Shown here: positions 38,199 to 49,810 of the stretch, in pieces
How the letters are laid out: every line of letters starts with the position of its first letter
Numbering within the stretch: the first letter of the stretch is position 1
Position numbers and translations under genes: made by a program
The notes under the pieces: model-generated
Told to the model about the DNA's origin: nothing
Databases searched by the model: none
Seen by the model: the letters and a program-made list of their open reading frames with translations, nothing else
NCBI RefSeq assembly: GCF_001194135.2
Contig: NC_068988.1
Location: 91,346,099-91,410,098 of the forward strand
DNA length: 64,000 nucleotides
Direction: 5' to 3'
Source of the DNA: Octopus bimaculoides
Lineage: Eukaryota

Positions 38199-39922
38199 GC
38201 ACATATATATATTGAATATATCTATATATATATATATANNNNNNNNNNNNNNNNNNNNNNNNNNNNNNNNNNNNNNNNNNNNNNNNNNNNNNNNNNNNNN
38301 NNNNNNNNNNNNNNNNNNNNNNNNNNNNNNNNNNNNNNNNNNNNNNNNNNNNNNNNNNNNNNNNNNNNNNNNNNNNNNNNNNNNNNNNNNNNNNNNNNNN
38401 NNNNNNNNNNNNNNNNNNNNNNNNNNNNNNNNNNNNNNNNNNNNNNNNNNNNNNNNNNNNNNNNNNNNNNNNNNNNNNNNNNNNNNNNNNNNNNNNNNNN
38501 NNNNNNNNNNNNNNNNNNNNNNNNNNNNNNNNNNNNNNNNNNNNNNNNNNNNNNNNNNNNNNNNNNNNNNNNNNNNNNNNNNNNNNNNNNNNNNNNNNNN
38601 NNNNNNNNNNNNNNNNNNNNNNNNNNNNNNNNNNNNNNNNNNNNNNNNNNNNNNNNNNNNNNNNNNNNNNNNNNNNNNNNNNNNNNNNNNNNNNNNNNNN
38701 NNNNNNNNNNNNNNNNNNNNNNNNNNNNNNNNNNNNNNNNNNNNNNNNNNNNNNNNNNNNNNNNNNNNNNNNNNNNNNNNNNNNNNNNNNNNNNNNNNNN
38801 NNNNNNNNNNNNNNNNNNNNNNNNNNNNNNNNNNNNNNNNNNNNNNNNNNNNNNNNNNNNNNNNNNNNNNNNNNNNNNNNNNNNNNNNNNNNNNNNNNNN
38901 NNNNNNNNNNNNNNNNNNNNNNNNNNNNNNNNNNNNNNNNNNNNNNNNNNNNNNNNNNNNNNNNNNNNNNNNNNNNNNNNNNNNNNNNNNNNNNNNNNNN
39001 NNNNNNNNNNNNNNNNNNNNNNNNNNNNNNNNNNNNNNNNNNNNNNNNNNNNNNNNNNNNNNNNNNNNNNNNNNNNNNNNNNNNNNNNNNNNNNNNNNNN
39101 NNNNNNNNNNNNNNTATATATATATATATATATATATATGAGCGAATCGACGTGTATGTATGGTTGTATGATAAATACAGTACATGAAGGTATATTCTCA
39201 ATGTGACGTCATTGACAATGGGGAAATAAGGAAATACCAACAGTATTTGACCTTATTGACCTCTCGTCTCGTCTCTTCAACCTCATTTTCCTGAGAGATC
39301 AGGGATGAAACAACGATGGTGGTGGTGATGGTGGTGGTGGTGGTGTAGCTTTCTTGTCTTCTCCTTCCTCTAACTTTTCCCCTGGTTATTGTTGTGGTTG
39401 CTTCTTCTTCTTCTTCTTCTTCTTCTTCTTCAAATATCTCTCTATTTTATTTTCTCTGTCGCGCTATGTTCCGTGTTCATATCCCACCAAGGTCGACTCC
39501 TTTATAAAACATCTAGCTATTAATCATCGCTAAATTATAAAACATCTAGCTATTAATCATCGCTAAATTCTTCCTCCTTCAACACTCTCGTCCTTCTGTC
39601 TCTGGTGTCTCAGTTAGAAATCAACATTTAACATTATCACTCAGTTCTGAGTTCAAATCACTCCCAGGCTCACTTTATCTTTGCTCCATCGAGGTCAGTA
39701 ATGTAAAAATTACTTATATTTACTGAATGTGGTATTCCAACATGGGCTTAAGCGTTAAGGATAAAACAAAATAATCAGCATTAATTAAATACACGTTGTG
39801 TGTGTGAGAAAAAGTGAGTGAGAGAGAGAGAGAGAGAGAGAGAGACAAAGAAAGCAAGAGAAAGAGAGAGCGATAGATAGAAAGTGTGTGTGTGTGTGCA
39901 ACTTTGTTTATAACACCTTCCT

Positions 39923-39967
<45 letters not shown>

Positions 39968-40253
39968 CTCTCCCTACCTCCCTCACTCTTTCAATCTTTC
40001 TGATTAGCTTTGTTTACTTCTCTCTTTCCCTCTTTCTCTGTGTTTATATTTCTCTTACTTTCTCTAATTCTCTCTCTTTCACTCTCTTTATCTCTTTTTT
40101 TTTCTCTCTGAAGTAGAAATGTGATTAGTCAAAAGAAAACGTTTCTATAACATGAAATTATATTTTTTCTCTCTCTCTCTCTTGAATTCACAAAATCAAA
40201 AATTTACAAATTCAGAGCTCAAAAAGAACAAAAACGAGAATGTNNNNNNNNNN

Positions 40254-40288
<35 letters not shown>

Positions 40289-40569
40289 GCACATAAATGT
40301 TCTTAAAATAGGAAGATGCGGGTCACATGACAATCGTCTGCCTCTTGTGTGTGTCGTCTGCCATTCGTTTCACTACGATGTCAGCTGGATTAGCACACAT
40401 ACATACACACTTTTTCTCTCACACATACGCACACCACGTGCACATACAAGCAGCATCAACATCATCATCGTCATTAACATTATCATCATAATAGCTGTTC
40501 TCACCCCTGGCCTCAAGCTAAGACCAGCTGACCTTCCCGGTTCGATAAAATGTTATGATGGTATTACAA

Positions 40570-41075
40570 CTGGATGACGTGGTTTGTAAAGAGGCAGGCG
40601 TAATGTTTTAGTGTTTTTGCGTTGTTTTGAGTTCAAATCCCGTTGTGAATAATCTTAACATTCACTGCTCCAGGAATTGTTGGAATAATGTCTATTAACG
40701 TACGAGGATAAAGTACAGGGAGCGCACAACTACTATTAAACAATAATTGTTTATTTTATCGAAAGTTGAAAGGCAAAGATGACCTCGGTCTGATTTGAAC
40801 TCAGGACGTAAAGAACAGAAAAAAAAGTCTTATAGCGTTTATCCCGATGCTCTAACAAGTCTGCCACTTCACTGCCGTAAATAATTGTTTTTAATCTAAG
40901 CACGAGGCCAGCAATTTCGAGAGATGGAATATTAGCCGATTACATCAACCTTAGTATTTACTTGATTGGTACTTTAATTTAATCGATCCCAAAAGGATAA
41001 AAGGCCTGATTTGAGCAAAAAATATAAAGAGCCGGAACAAGGCATTTTTCCAACGCTCTAAAGGTTTGGGTAATC
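40570..41075. mobile_element. SINE family A cluster: + partial copy (40570-40700) followed by two - copies (40740-40880, 40893-41075)
   Basis: ttttgagttcaaatcccg on +; gacctcggtctgatttgaactcaggacg and gaggccagcaatttc...atcgatcccaaaaggataaaa on -. Confidence 0.7.
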
Positions 41076-41129
41076 TATCAACCATTTTAACTATTTAAGA
41101 ATAATAACTTCTTTTCTTTATCACAAAGG

Positions 41130-42960
41130 TGATAGCTCAAGGGACCTTACAAGGATAGGTTACAACAAATGGATGGGGTTTACATTGAAATCGAATCAGA
41201 AATTAATACAATATACAAGATTTTTTTCCAATATTCTTAGCATAGGACTACTAGAGAAGGGCAATCAAAGAATACCACGGACCCAAGATTATCCTAACTA
41301 CCTCTCTCAGTAATCATTCTTCAGGCTACAAGTACACACTGACACACTCGGGCAACATTCACAACTTTCACTCGCCTTTCAACAAATTTACGGATTAAGT
41401 ACTTCTGCCCTCACTTTCTTCTTTGGAGTTCTGCCTGCTTCTCAAACTGGCCCGGCTGGTTCGACTTAGTTTTTGCTCCTATAATCTGTCTATATTCCTT
41501 TAGAACAGTTCTGACCATCTGGACTTCCGTAGTAACCGATGGTATTACAAGAATTTTGTCTGCAGTTATCGATACGACTTTTCTGTGTGACAATTCGAAC
41601 GGGATGTCGCGCAACTTTTTCAGTTTTCGCAGTTGAGTTTGAAGAAGCATTATATACAGGAAGGATGACAGAAATCACTCTTGATGACAAAGCACATGAT
41701 TCCAAATAGTTCTGATCGGTATTCATTTAGTCTGGCCACCAAGTAGGAGCCGCTAATACATTGAAGCAACATAGCCTCTGAAGATAGGATTGAAACCAGT
41801 TGCTTTGCAGATAGCTCTCAAGTAAAGAATGCCGACTCTATCGGAAATTTTTGATTGATAGGAGGGGAGGGGAGGGGGTTGGGAGTTTTGGGACACCTGT
41901 GAGTGCATGCAAGTTTTTTTCATGTCGGCCGGGGTAGAGGGAAGACCGGCGGTTGCAGGGGAAGGGTGTGGCAAAGTGTATTTGGATAGGAACTGGATGG
42001 GCGTGGGGTGGACTCATGACTACCAGTTTGTGTCTTTCTTTCTTTTTCTTTTCTATTTTCCCCATCATTCTTCGTCTCTTACATCCTTTGATGTTGTCTC
42101 TGTGCTTGTTTCTGGTGGAGGCGGAATTCCGGTTTCCTTTTTTTTTTTTTTTTTTTTTGGTGTCAGGGGGTGGTGAATGGCAGTCAACCCTAATGTGACC
42201 CTTTTGGCCACAATGATAGCATCTAGGGATTCAGCCCTCCACTTTAACCCTCAGCACTACATCTTCCACCGTGATGGTTTCTATGATCTTTTCGATATCT
42301 TCTGGGGTGGCTTGAATTAATAACTCGAACCCTTGCCCCTGCCAGTTCTTATGGGCCGTGCACGTGGCTTGGAGGACCACCACTTTCTCCTCCAGGCCTA
42401 ACAGGATCGCGTCTCCTAACCAGGCTGCGTCTATCTCTGGAGGTATGTCCTCCACCCTCACCCTGGAAGTACGTCTTCCAAGGTATGTGGGTAGAAGCAC
42501 TACCTCCTTCGTCTTCAGCGGGGTTACAGAGTGCAGCCTGGTAGTAGCTGCATCCCTGAACCGCACCTCCACCGTGCCGTACTTCCTGCCTCTATTTATA
42601 TGCATTATTTCACCCCAAATGGGCTTTAACGCCTTTTCTATTTGACTTTGCATCATTATTTCAGTTTTTTTTGGCTCTCCGCCGAGAGCGTTCGAAATGA
42701 TTAATTTATCCTTTTGACTTAACATGACATCTCGGGGCGGGGACACATTTACACTGTTTCCATCTTTTATCAATAGTTCATTAAACTTTCCAATCTGGTT
42801 CAAATTAATATTTTTCTAGTGGCTTTTAGCTGCCTTTGTAGCATTCATCTTGTCTACGTTGTCAATTGCTCTGAGGAGTTCCTCTTCTGAGGAGGAATAC
42901 TCAGACGAGCTTATGCTATTCGAATAGGACATCCTTGAAGCTTCGCAACCCCCTACAAAA
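41130..42960 (-). mobile_element. Tx1/L1-clade LINE retaining ORF1, part of RT, the ORF2 C-terminus and a 3' UTR, with two large internal deletions
   Basis: ORF1 runs from the ATG at 42932; then QSKISDRVGILYLRAICKATGFNPIFRGYVASMY (DQSKAFDRV-like), RKVVSITADK..GAK, then RKFVERRVKVVNVARV (C-terminal). Confidence 0.82.
42150..42932 (-). pseudogene. Tx1-type ORF1p (gag-like nucleic-acid-binding protein with CCHC zinc knuckle), two in-frame stops
   Basis: MSYSNSISSSEYSSSEEELL..SH*KNINLNQIGK..[ORF 42231-42803]..VKVEG*IPRCYHCGQKGHIRVDC; the last motif is CX2CX4HX4C. Confidence 0.82.
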
Positions 42961-43144
42961 AGGGAACATGTATCAGTGAAATATTAATGGAATATTCCAA
43001 TACTGAGTTTAAATCTTCTGGTGGAAACAACATCTTATCTAGGGTGAGAATTATTTTTCATCGGTTTACATCTGCAGAAAAAATGTGTGGATCCTTGTGA
43101 CGAGATAAATATTATTTATACTTAATTATTTGCATTTCTCTTAT

Positions 43145-43345
43145 TGAGACAAGGCCAACAATTTGAGGGTAGTGGGTTGGTCGATAACATCGACCCCAGT
43201 CCTCAACTGATACTTATTTTATCAGCCCCAAAAGGTCACAGTCGACCTCAATAAAATTTGAACTCAAAACCTAAAGCAGTAAGAAATGCCGCTAAGCACT
43301 TTTCTATTTACAGCGTGCTAGCGAATTCTACCAGCTCGCCGCCTT
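43145..43345 (-). mobile_element. SINE family A copy
   Basis: acaaggccaacaatttgaggg...gtcgacctcaataaaatttgaactc...ccagctcgccgcctt. Confidence 0.85.
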
Positions 43346-44009
43346 ATGTTTAATCATTCGAGCAGCAATGACAGCAGCTAGCCCAAGTTTGTTAATTCTT
43401 CAACAACATTACTATGTTAATAACTATGTTCTGAGCATGATTTTAAACTGCATCAACTAGTGTGGCTCTAGTTTGAGAATTACAGAATTTTCAGGAGTAG
43501 CAATACCTGTGAGGGTTCCAACTATGGGTTAATTAGCATGTAAAAAAATTGTAAGTGGTAAATATGGGAATAAACAGTCCTGAAGCAAATCAGGGGTGGC
43601 TCCTTCGCAAGGTCTAACACCTAGTAGCCACTCAAACCATCCCGGCCAACCGAGCCAACGAAAATCTTGGGATGCAGCAATGTGAACTATTTCGGCAGCT
43701 GAACTTATTGAGTCAATGGCGGATATCACTAGATGCTGAGCGGACGAACAGGCAACAAAATGTCAACAGCCAGGTTCAACCAGTTCAGTGAGTGAACTAC
43801 TGCTATCATCTGTAGCTGTGGCATGCGCAGATGAGACATTCAGCTATCGAAACACCAATATGACTTATTGCTCCGGAGAAGTCACTCAACTGGTTGATGA
43901 TGAGGAGGATGATAACTATGTTTCTCTGTTCAAGAACGTTGTCATCGTCGTCTTCGAACACGCTTTCAGACATAGAACATATACCGTTGATTACAAGATT
44001 TGCATTTTT

Positions 44010-44400
44010 TTATTTGTTTCAGTCATTTGACTGCGGCTATGCGGGAGCTCGTCTTGAAGGGCTTTAGTCGAACAAAATTACCCCAGGACCTTTTTTTTAA
44101 AACCTAGTACTTATTCTATCGGACTCTTTTTGCCGAACCGCTAGGTTACGGGGACGTAAGTACACTAACACCGGTTTTCAAGTGGTGATGGTGGAAGAAA
44201 TACAGACACAAAAACACATCACATATATATGTATACGACGAGCTTCTTTCAGTTTCCGTCTGCCAAATCTACTCACAAGGTTTTGGTCGGCCCGTGGGTA
44301 TAGTTGAAGACACTTGCCCATGGTGCCACGCAGTAGGAATGAACCCGGAACCATGTGTTTGGGAAACAAGCTTCTTACCACACAGCCACGCCTACACCTA
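44010..44400 (-). mobile_element. SINE family C, full length (tRNA head, internal microsatellite seed)
   Basis: Reverse complement reads ggtgtaggcgtggctgtgtggtaagaagcttg...ggttccgggttcattcc...accaaaaccttgtgagtagatttggc...gcagtcaaatgactgaaac. Confidence 0.9.
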
Positions 44401-44754
44401 TACGTTATTATTTCATCATTATGTCACTCAAAGCTAATAATATTAGAGATGGGGTGTCATACCCTTTATAAAAGTACCGTGACCGATAGTGCTTGCACCT
44501 CTGTCTACCAGTAAGTCCCGTAAGTTTAATGTTATAAAACCTAATGGGAACAATATGTCACAAAAGTAGTTCAAGTTCAGATTTTGCAAGCTTATCATTT
44601 ATTCACAGGTTGCAACAACGAAAGGAGTCGGAAATTGTTGTCCTATATTTGTACGAGGTGAGACATCTTACAATTTTCCTTAGAAATTACTTTATTTGTT
44701 GATCTCTTTCATGCAACTGAGCTCAGTGGTCTTATTTTGTAACTTTCTTTGGGT

Positions 44755-44935
44755 GGTGAATTAGTAGATGCAAGAGCGTCAGACGAAATGCCTGGTGGCA
44801 TTTGCTCCGGCTTCTTACGTTCTGAGACCAAATCTCACAGAAGTAAACTTTGTATTTCATCCCTAAGGGAAGGAATAAATCAAGTACGAGTTTCGCTGTA
44901 ATCGACCAGTTACCTTCTCTTAAAACTGCTATGTT
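44755..44935 (+). mobile_element. Decayed SINE family A copy
   Basis: ttcttacgttctgagaccaaatctcacagaagtaaactttgtatttcatccc...gtaatcgacc. Confidence 0.7.
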
Positions 44936-44955
44936 TGTATTCAATACAATTAGTT

Positions 44956-45018
<63 letters not shown>

Positions 45019-45257
45019 NNNNNNNNNNACACACACATACATATATAATATATATATGCATATATATTTTTTCCTACGTCGAGTTCAACTATTTTAAGGA
45101 AAGAATTATACATACTTACACATACACACGCGCGCGCGCGCGCGCACACACATATTTCGCTTAAGCAAAGTGATATTTAGATTCTGGTGTTAGGACTCAA
45201 TATACATGTTTCAGAATAAAGTCAAGTACAGAGCGTAATATGAAAATAAACAATGAC

Positions 45258-45439
45258 AAAGGAACAGGAAATTATGCAATGAAATTCATTAGCTTACAGC
45301 TGTTTCTGCGATAAGATGCAGTGCACGCAGAAATGAGTGCATGTGCATCACCTTATAGCTTCAAAAGTGAAGCGCACTGCATCTTGTAGCAGAAACAGCA
45401 CTAAGCTAGTGCAGTTCAATGCGTAATTTCCTGTCCTTT
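45258..45439 (-). ncRNA. Fold-back (about 68-bp imperfect arms, 45-nt spacer) with a degenerate hammerhead motif; Penelope-like terminal remnant
   Basis: Arms 45258-45326 and 45372-45439. Minus strand reads cttttga-a-gctataag..cttatcgc-a-GAA-ACAGCUGU-A-agc: an intact 3' half with palindromic stem III, but a non-canonical 5' core. Confidence 0.55.
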
Positions 45440-45633
45440 TGTACATATATAAATACATATATATATATATATATATAAAGGAGCACAAAAAATGGGACAA
45501 GAACGCAAAACATCCAGACAGATAATACAAAAGAGGGACAAGAAAAAACACGGACGGGTCATTCGAAGTTTTCTTTCTTCAGTCGAGTTCCAGATTATCT
45601 TTGCAATTTCGGCTGGTTATACTCGAGATTATA

Positions 45634-46390
45634 CAGGGTGCGTAAGATATTTGAGGACAGATTTATGTTTATAAATAAATAAATAAATAAACATATATAT
45701 TATAACAGATAATAACTTTATTTATCAAAAAATGCTATGTGGATAAAAATAAACCTTCTTTTCTATAATGTTATTCAATAAAGCCATCTTCAGCTTCAAC
45801 AACTGCTTCTTTATGAGATCTAAGTCATCTCATACTCGAATCAAGTCGTCTTGGTTCACTTTGGATATTACTCTGACTATGGCAGCTTTCATAGAATCTT
45901 TGGTGTTATGGACGTGTTCAGTGACCTCTCCCTCAACAACGCTCCTCATGTGATAGTCCAATGGATTGAGATCTGGGGAATTAGGAGGCCAAATGTTAGG
46001 GGTTATGTGATCAAGAAAATTTTTCAGCCATCCATTCCTGTGTTACTAGAACCATGTGTGAAAGTGCAGAGCCTGACTGAAACTCAAGGCGGCAGAGTTA
46101 ACTCTAAGACTTTGTGGAAAGAAGTAAGGAGGCATCACATATCCTTCATTGCTGACAACTCCCAAAACCATAACAGTTACAGGAAATCTTGTATGCATAA
46201 CACTTGGAACTGCAGAAGGGTTTGCACATAGTCATCTGTCATTTCTTCTGTTAACTTTTTGATCTTGGTCGAAGTGTTTCTCGTTTGAGAAAAACCAAAT
46301 CAAATCTTCTTCTGCTGGATTTTTCAGTTTGTTTAAGAGCCTTATAAGTCTGATATAGTGATTTTCTTTTGCTTTCTCGGACAAATTGAA
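45634..46390 (-). mobile_element. Tc1/mariner-superfamily (maT/DD37D-like) 3' half with one TIR
   Basis: TA-cagggtgcg terminus; WPPNSPDLNPLDY at 45953-45991, then VVEGEVTEHVHNTKDSMKAAIVRV; truncated where a SINE begins at about 46400. Confidence 0.82.
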
Positions 46391-46399
46391 CTTTCCTTA

Positions 46400-46543
46400 T
46401 CTGCTACCAAATCTACTCACAAGGCTTTGGTCGGCCCGAGGCTACAGTAGAAGACACTTGCCCAAGGTGCCACGCAGTGGGACTGAACCCGGAACCATGT
46501 GGTTTGTAACCAAGCCACATACCACACAGCCACACCTGCGCCT
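46400..46543 (-). mobile_element. SINE family C, 5' half
   Basis: Reverse complement reads aggcgcaggtgtggctgtgtggtatgtggc...ggttccgggttcagtcccactgcgtggcaccttgggcaagtgtc. Confidence 0.88.
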
Positions 46544-47660
46544 CCACACATGTGTATGTGTGAATGAACTTTGTGTCTCTTGATGCAGGAAGAATTCAGC
46601 AGTATGCTAACAGGAGTGGTGGTCTTTTGTGTAGCTGTGTGTAGGGGAATGGTCAGTAGAAAGGTGTTTGGATGGCAGTTTGAAGTATGTGTGCGTGTTT
46701 ATATATGTAATACATATTTGTTTATATANNNNNNNNNNNNNNNNNNNNNNNNNNNNNNNNNNNNNNNNNNNNNNNNNNNNNNNNNNNNNNNNNNNNNNNN
46801 NNNNNNNNNNNNNNNNNNNNNNNNNNNNNNNNNNNNNNNNNNNNNNNNNNNNNNNNNNNNNNNNNNNNNNNNNNNNNNNNNNNNNNNNNNNNNNNNNNNN
46901 NNNNNNNNNNNNNNNNNNNNNNNNNNNNNNNNNNNNNNNNNNNNNNNNNNNNNNNNNNNNNNNNNNNNNNNNNNNNNNNNNNNNNNNNNNNNNNNNNNNN
47001 NNNNNNNNNNNNNNNNNNNNNNNNNNNNNNNNNNNNNNNNNNNNNNNNNNNNNNNNNNNNNNNNNNNNNNNNNNNNNNNNNNNNNNNNNNNNNNNNNNNN
47101 NNNNNNNNNNNNNNNNNNNNNNNNNNNNNNNNNNNNNNNNNNNNNNNNNNNNNNNNNNNNNNNNNNNNNNNNNNNNNNNNNNNNNNNNNNNNNNNNNNNN
47201 NNNNNNNNNNNNNNNNNNNNNNNNNNNNNNNNNNNNNNNNNNNNNNNNNNNNNNNNNNNNNNNNNNNNNNNNNNNNNNNNNNNNNNNNNNNNNNNNNNNN
47301 NNNNNNNNNNNNNNNNNNNNNNNNNNNNNNNNNNNNNNNNNNNNNNNNNNNNNNNNNNNNNNNNNNNNNNNNNNNNNNNNNNNNNNNNNNNNNNNNNNNN
47401 NNNNNNNNNNNNNNNNNNNNNNNNNNNNNNNNNNNNNNNNNNNNNNNNNNNNNNNNNNNNNNNNNNNNNNNNNNNNNNNNNNNNNNNNNAATTAAGTATC
47501 AGTTGCGTACTGAGGTTGATCAAATCGACTGGCCCTTCCCCAAAATTTTCGAGCCTTGTACTTAGAGTTGAAAAGTATATATATATGTGCATCGGTGCCT
47601 CAGCATAGCCACAGTCTGAGTGAAATAAGTCAACGATAAAAGATAAAAGCAATGTGTGTG

Positions 47661-47709
<49 letters not shown>

Positions 47710-48203
47710 ACACACACACGCATTCACATACTCATACATCTCTGGATAATACAGAAATATTTCGGATAAAAGTGACCTAGGCCGATTATTCACTAACGTG
47801 ATAAAGAAACTTCATCTCCATTGCTCATTCAAGCAGGTCGTTATTAATTGAATGTGCTGGGATTTTTCTAGATGGTTTATAAGAAGCGTTGAACAAAAGC
47901 TGTGAGATCGAGACGATGATGCTCAGACGTTTTCTATTTATATGTTGTGAATGGAAGCTAGCCAAGGGGCGAATAAACCGTTGCATGGTTTGAAACATTA
48001 GCTTTTGAAGTAGATGTTGACTTGGTATGGAACTGGTAGTAAGTATTAGCCATTGTGGGATAGATAAAACAGTTACATTGCCTTTGTAGGGTAAAACAGA
48101 TAAAAGTTTGCACCCGTGTGTATGCATATGTGTATGGACACATATGTGTATGCCAACGTGTGTGTGTATCTGTGTGTATATATATATATACAAATGCATG
48201 TAT

Positions 48204-48239
<36 letters not shown>

Positions 48240-48240
48240 A

Positions 48241-48282
48241 AACTGTCCGATGAACGGGGACGTGAAACTCAGAGTAACGGTT
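48241..48282 (+). ncRNA. Minimal type I hammerhead ribozyme motif, nearly canonical (U4C)
   Basis: AACUGU-CCGAUGA-ACG(GGGA)CGU-GAA-ACUC(A)GAGU-A-ACGGUU. Stem I has 6 bp (one U.G), stem II 3 bp, stem III 4 bp; the GUA cleavage triplet ends at 48276. Confidence 0.72.
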
Positions 48283-48999
48283 TTTTTGTTATATTTCTGC
48301 TGCTTTTAAATAAAGTATATATANNNNNNNNNNNNNNNNNNNNNNNNNNNNNNNNNNNNNNNNNNNNNNNNNNNNNNNNNNNNNNNNNNNNNNNNNNNNN
48401 NNNNNNNNNNNNNNNNNNNNNNNNNNNNNNNNNNNNNNNNNNNNNNNNNNNNNNNNNNNNNNNNNNNNNNNNNNNNNNNNNNNNNNNNNNNNNNNNNNNN
48501 NNNNNNNNNNNNNNNNNNNNNNNNNNNNNNNNNNNNNNNNNNNNNNNNNNNNNNNNNNNNNNNNNNNNNNNNNNNNNNNNNNNNNNNNNNNNNNNNNNNN
48601 NNNNNNNNNNNNNNNNNNNNNNNNNNNNNNNNNNNNNNNNNNNNNNNNNNNNNNNNNNNNNNNNNNNNNNNNNNNNNNNNNNNNNNNNNNNNNNNNNNNN
48701 NNNNNNNNNNNNNNNNNNNNNNNNNNNNNNNNNNNNNNNNNNNNNNNNNNNNNNNNNNNNNNNNNNNNNNNNNNNNNNNNNNNNNNNNNNNNNNNNNNNN
48801 NNNNNNNNNNNNNNNNNNNNNNNNNNNNNNNNNNNNNNNNNNNNNNNNNNNNNNNNNNNNNNNNNNNNNNNNNNNNNNNNNNNNNNNNNNNNNNNNNNNN
48901 NNNNNNNNNNNNNNNNNNNNNNNNNNNNNNNNNNNNNNNNNNNNNNNNNNNNATATGCATATATATGTACATGTATGTATATACGTTCATCTACATGTA

Positions 49000-49180
49000 C
49001 ATATAGATACATAACTGGGTACATGACGTGGCAAAAGAACAAGGACAAAATGGTAAACAAGGTGCAACAAACAAGCAGGCCACATAGAAACATCCCCTTC
49101 ATCAGCTGCCACCATTAAAACTCCGGCGTTTCGAATTAAGGCAGTACGCATCGTTAAAATGGTTCTTCCCACGAACACAA
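49000..49180 (-). repeat. Penelope/retrozyme-like repeat with a decayed hammerhead (49112-49162) followed by a CUGAUGA motif (49099-49105)
   Basis: Minus strand reads ccatt-tt-aacga-tgcgta..-GAA-ACgccggaGU-u..aatgg. A similar cccttcatcag module recurs at about 49897-49907. Confidence 0.45.
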
Positions 49181-49405
49181 ATTAAATTCTTTTCGTGGAG
49201 GGTAGTGGCGGACGGAAAACAAGACAGGAAATCGAAACGGTGAAATAAACAAACAAAAAGGCTGTACAGCCAGACGTGAAGTGTGTATGTCTTGAACGCT
49301 GTGAAGCACGTACAGGAGGGGCAAAGAAGTACGTGCGAGCTTGATGGTTGGATATATATATGTGTGTCTATGCTTGCATGTATATATGTATGTAATAATA
49401 ATAAA

Positions 49406-49522
49406 TACGGCCATATCACTTTGAAAACACCGGTTCTCGTCCGATCACCGAAGTTAAGCAACGTCCAGCCTAATTAGTACTTAGATGGGTGACCGCTTGG
49501 GAAACCTAGGTGCTGTAAACGT
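49406..49522 (+). rRNA. 5S rRNA: 5S rRNA-derived copy, probably a dispersed pseudogene (first ~3 nt replaced)
   Basis: tacggccatatcactttgaaaacaccggttctcgtccgatcaccgaagttaagcaacgtccagcctaattagtacttagatgggtgaccgcttgggaaacctaggtgctgtaaac. Helix I (tacggc/gctgta) pairs; box A and box C regions are recognisable; a few helix mismatches; no T4 terminator. Confidence 0.9.
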
Positions 49523-49532
49523 CTTTCTATCC

Positions 49533-49810
49533 ATAGGCGCAGGAGTGGCTGCTTGGTAAGTAGCTTGCTTACCAACCACATGGTTCCGGGTTCATTCCCA
49601 CNNNNNNNNNNGTGTGTCTGTGTTTGTCACCCCAACATCACTTGACAACCGATGGTGGTGTTTTTACGTCCCCGTAACTTAGCGGTTCGGTAAAAGAGCC
49701 CGATAGCATAAGTACTAGGCTTACAAAGAATAAATCCTGGGGTCGATTTGCTCGACTAAAGGCGGTGCTCCAGCTTGGCCACAGTCAAATAACTGAAACA
49801 AGTAAAAAAG
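49533..49810 (+). mobile_element. SINE family C copy directly downstream of the 5S copy (10-N gap inside)
   Basis: taggcgcaggagtggctgcttggtaagtagcttgc...ggttccgggttcattccc ... gacaaccgatggtggtg...ctggggtcgatttgctcgactaaaggcggtgctccagc. Confidence 0.9.

Noticed and set aside
39502-39569. 33-bp perfect tandem duplication
   Set aside because: An ordinary local duplication with no further structure.
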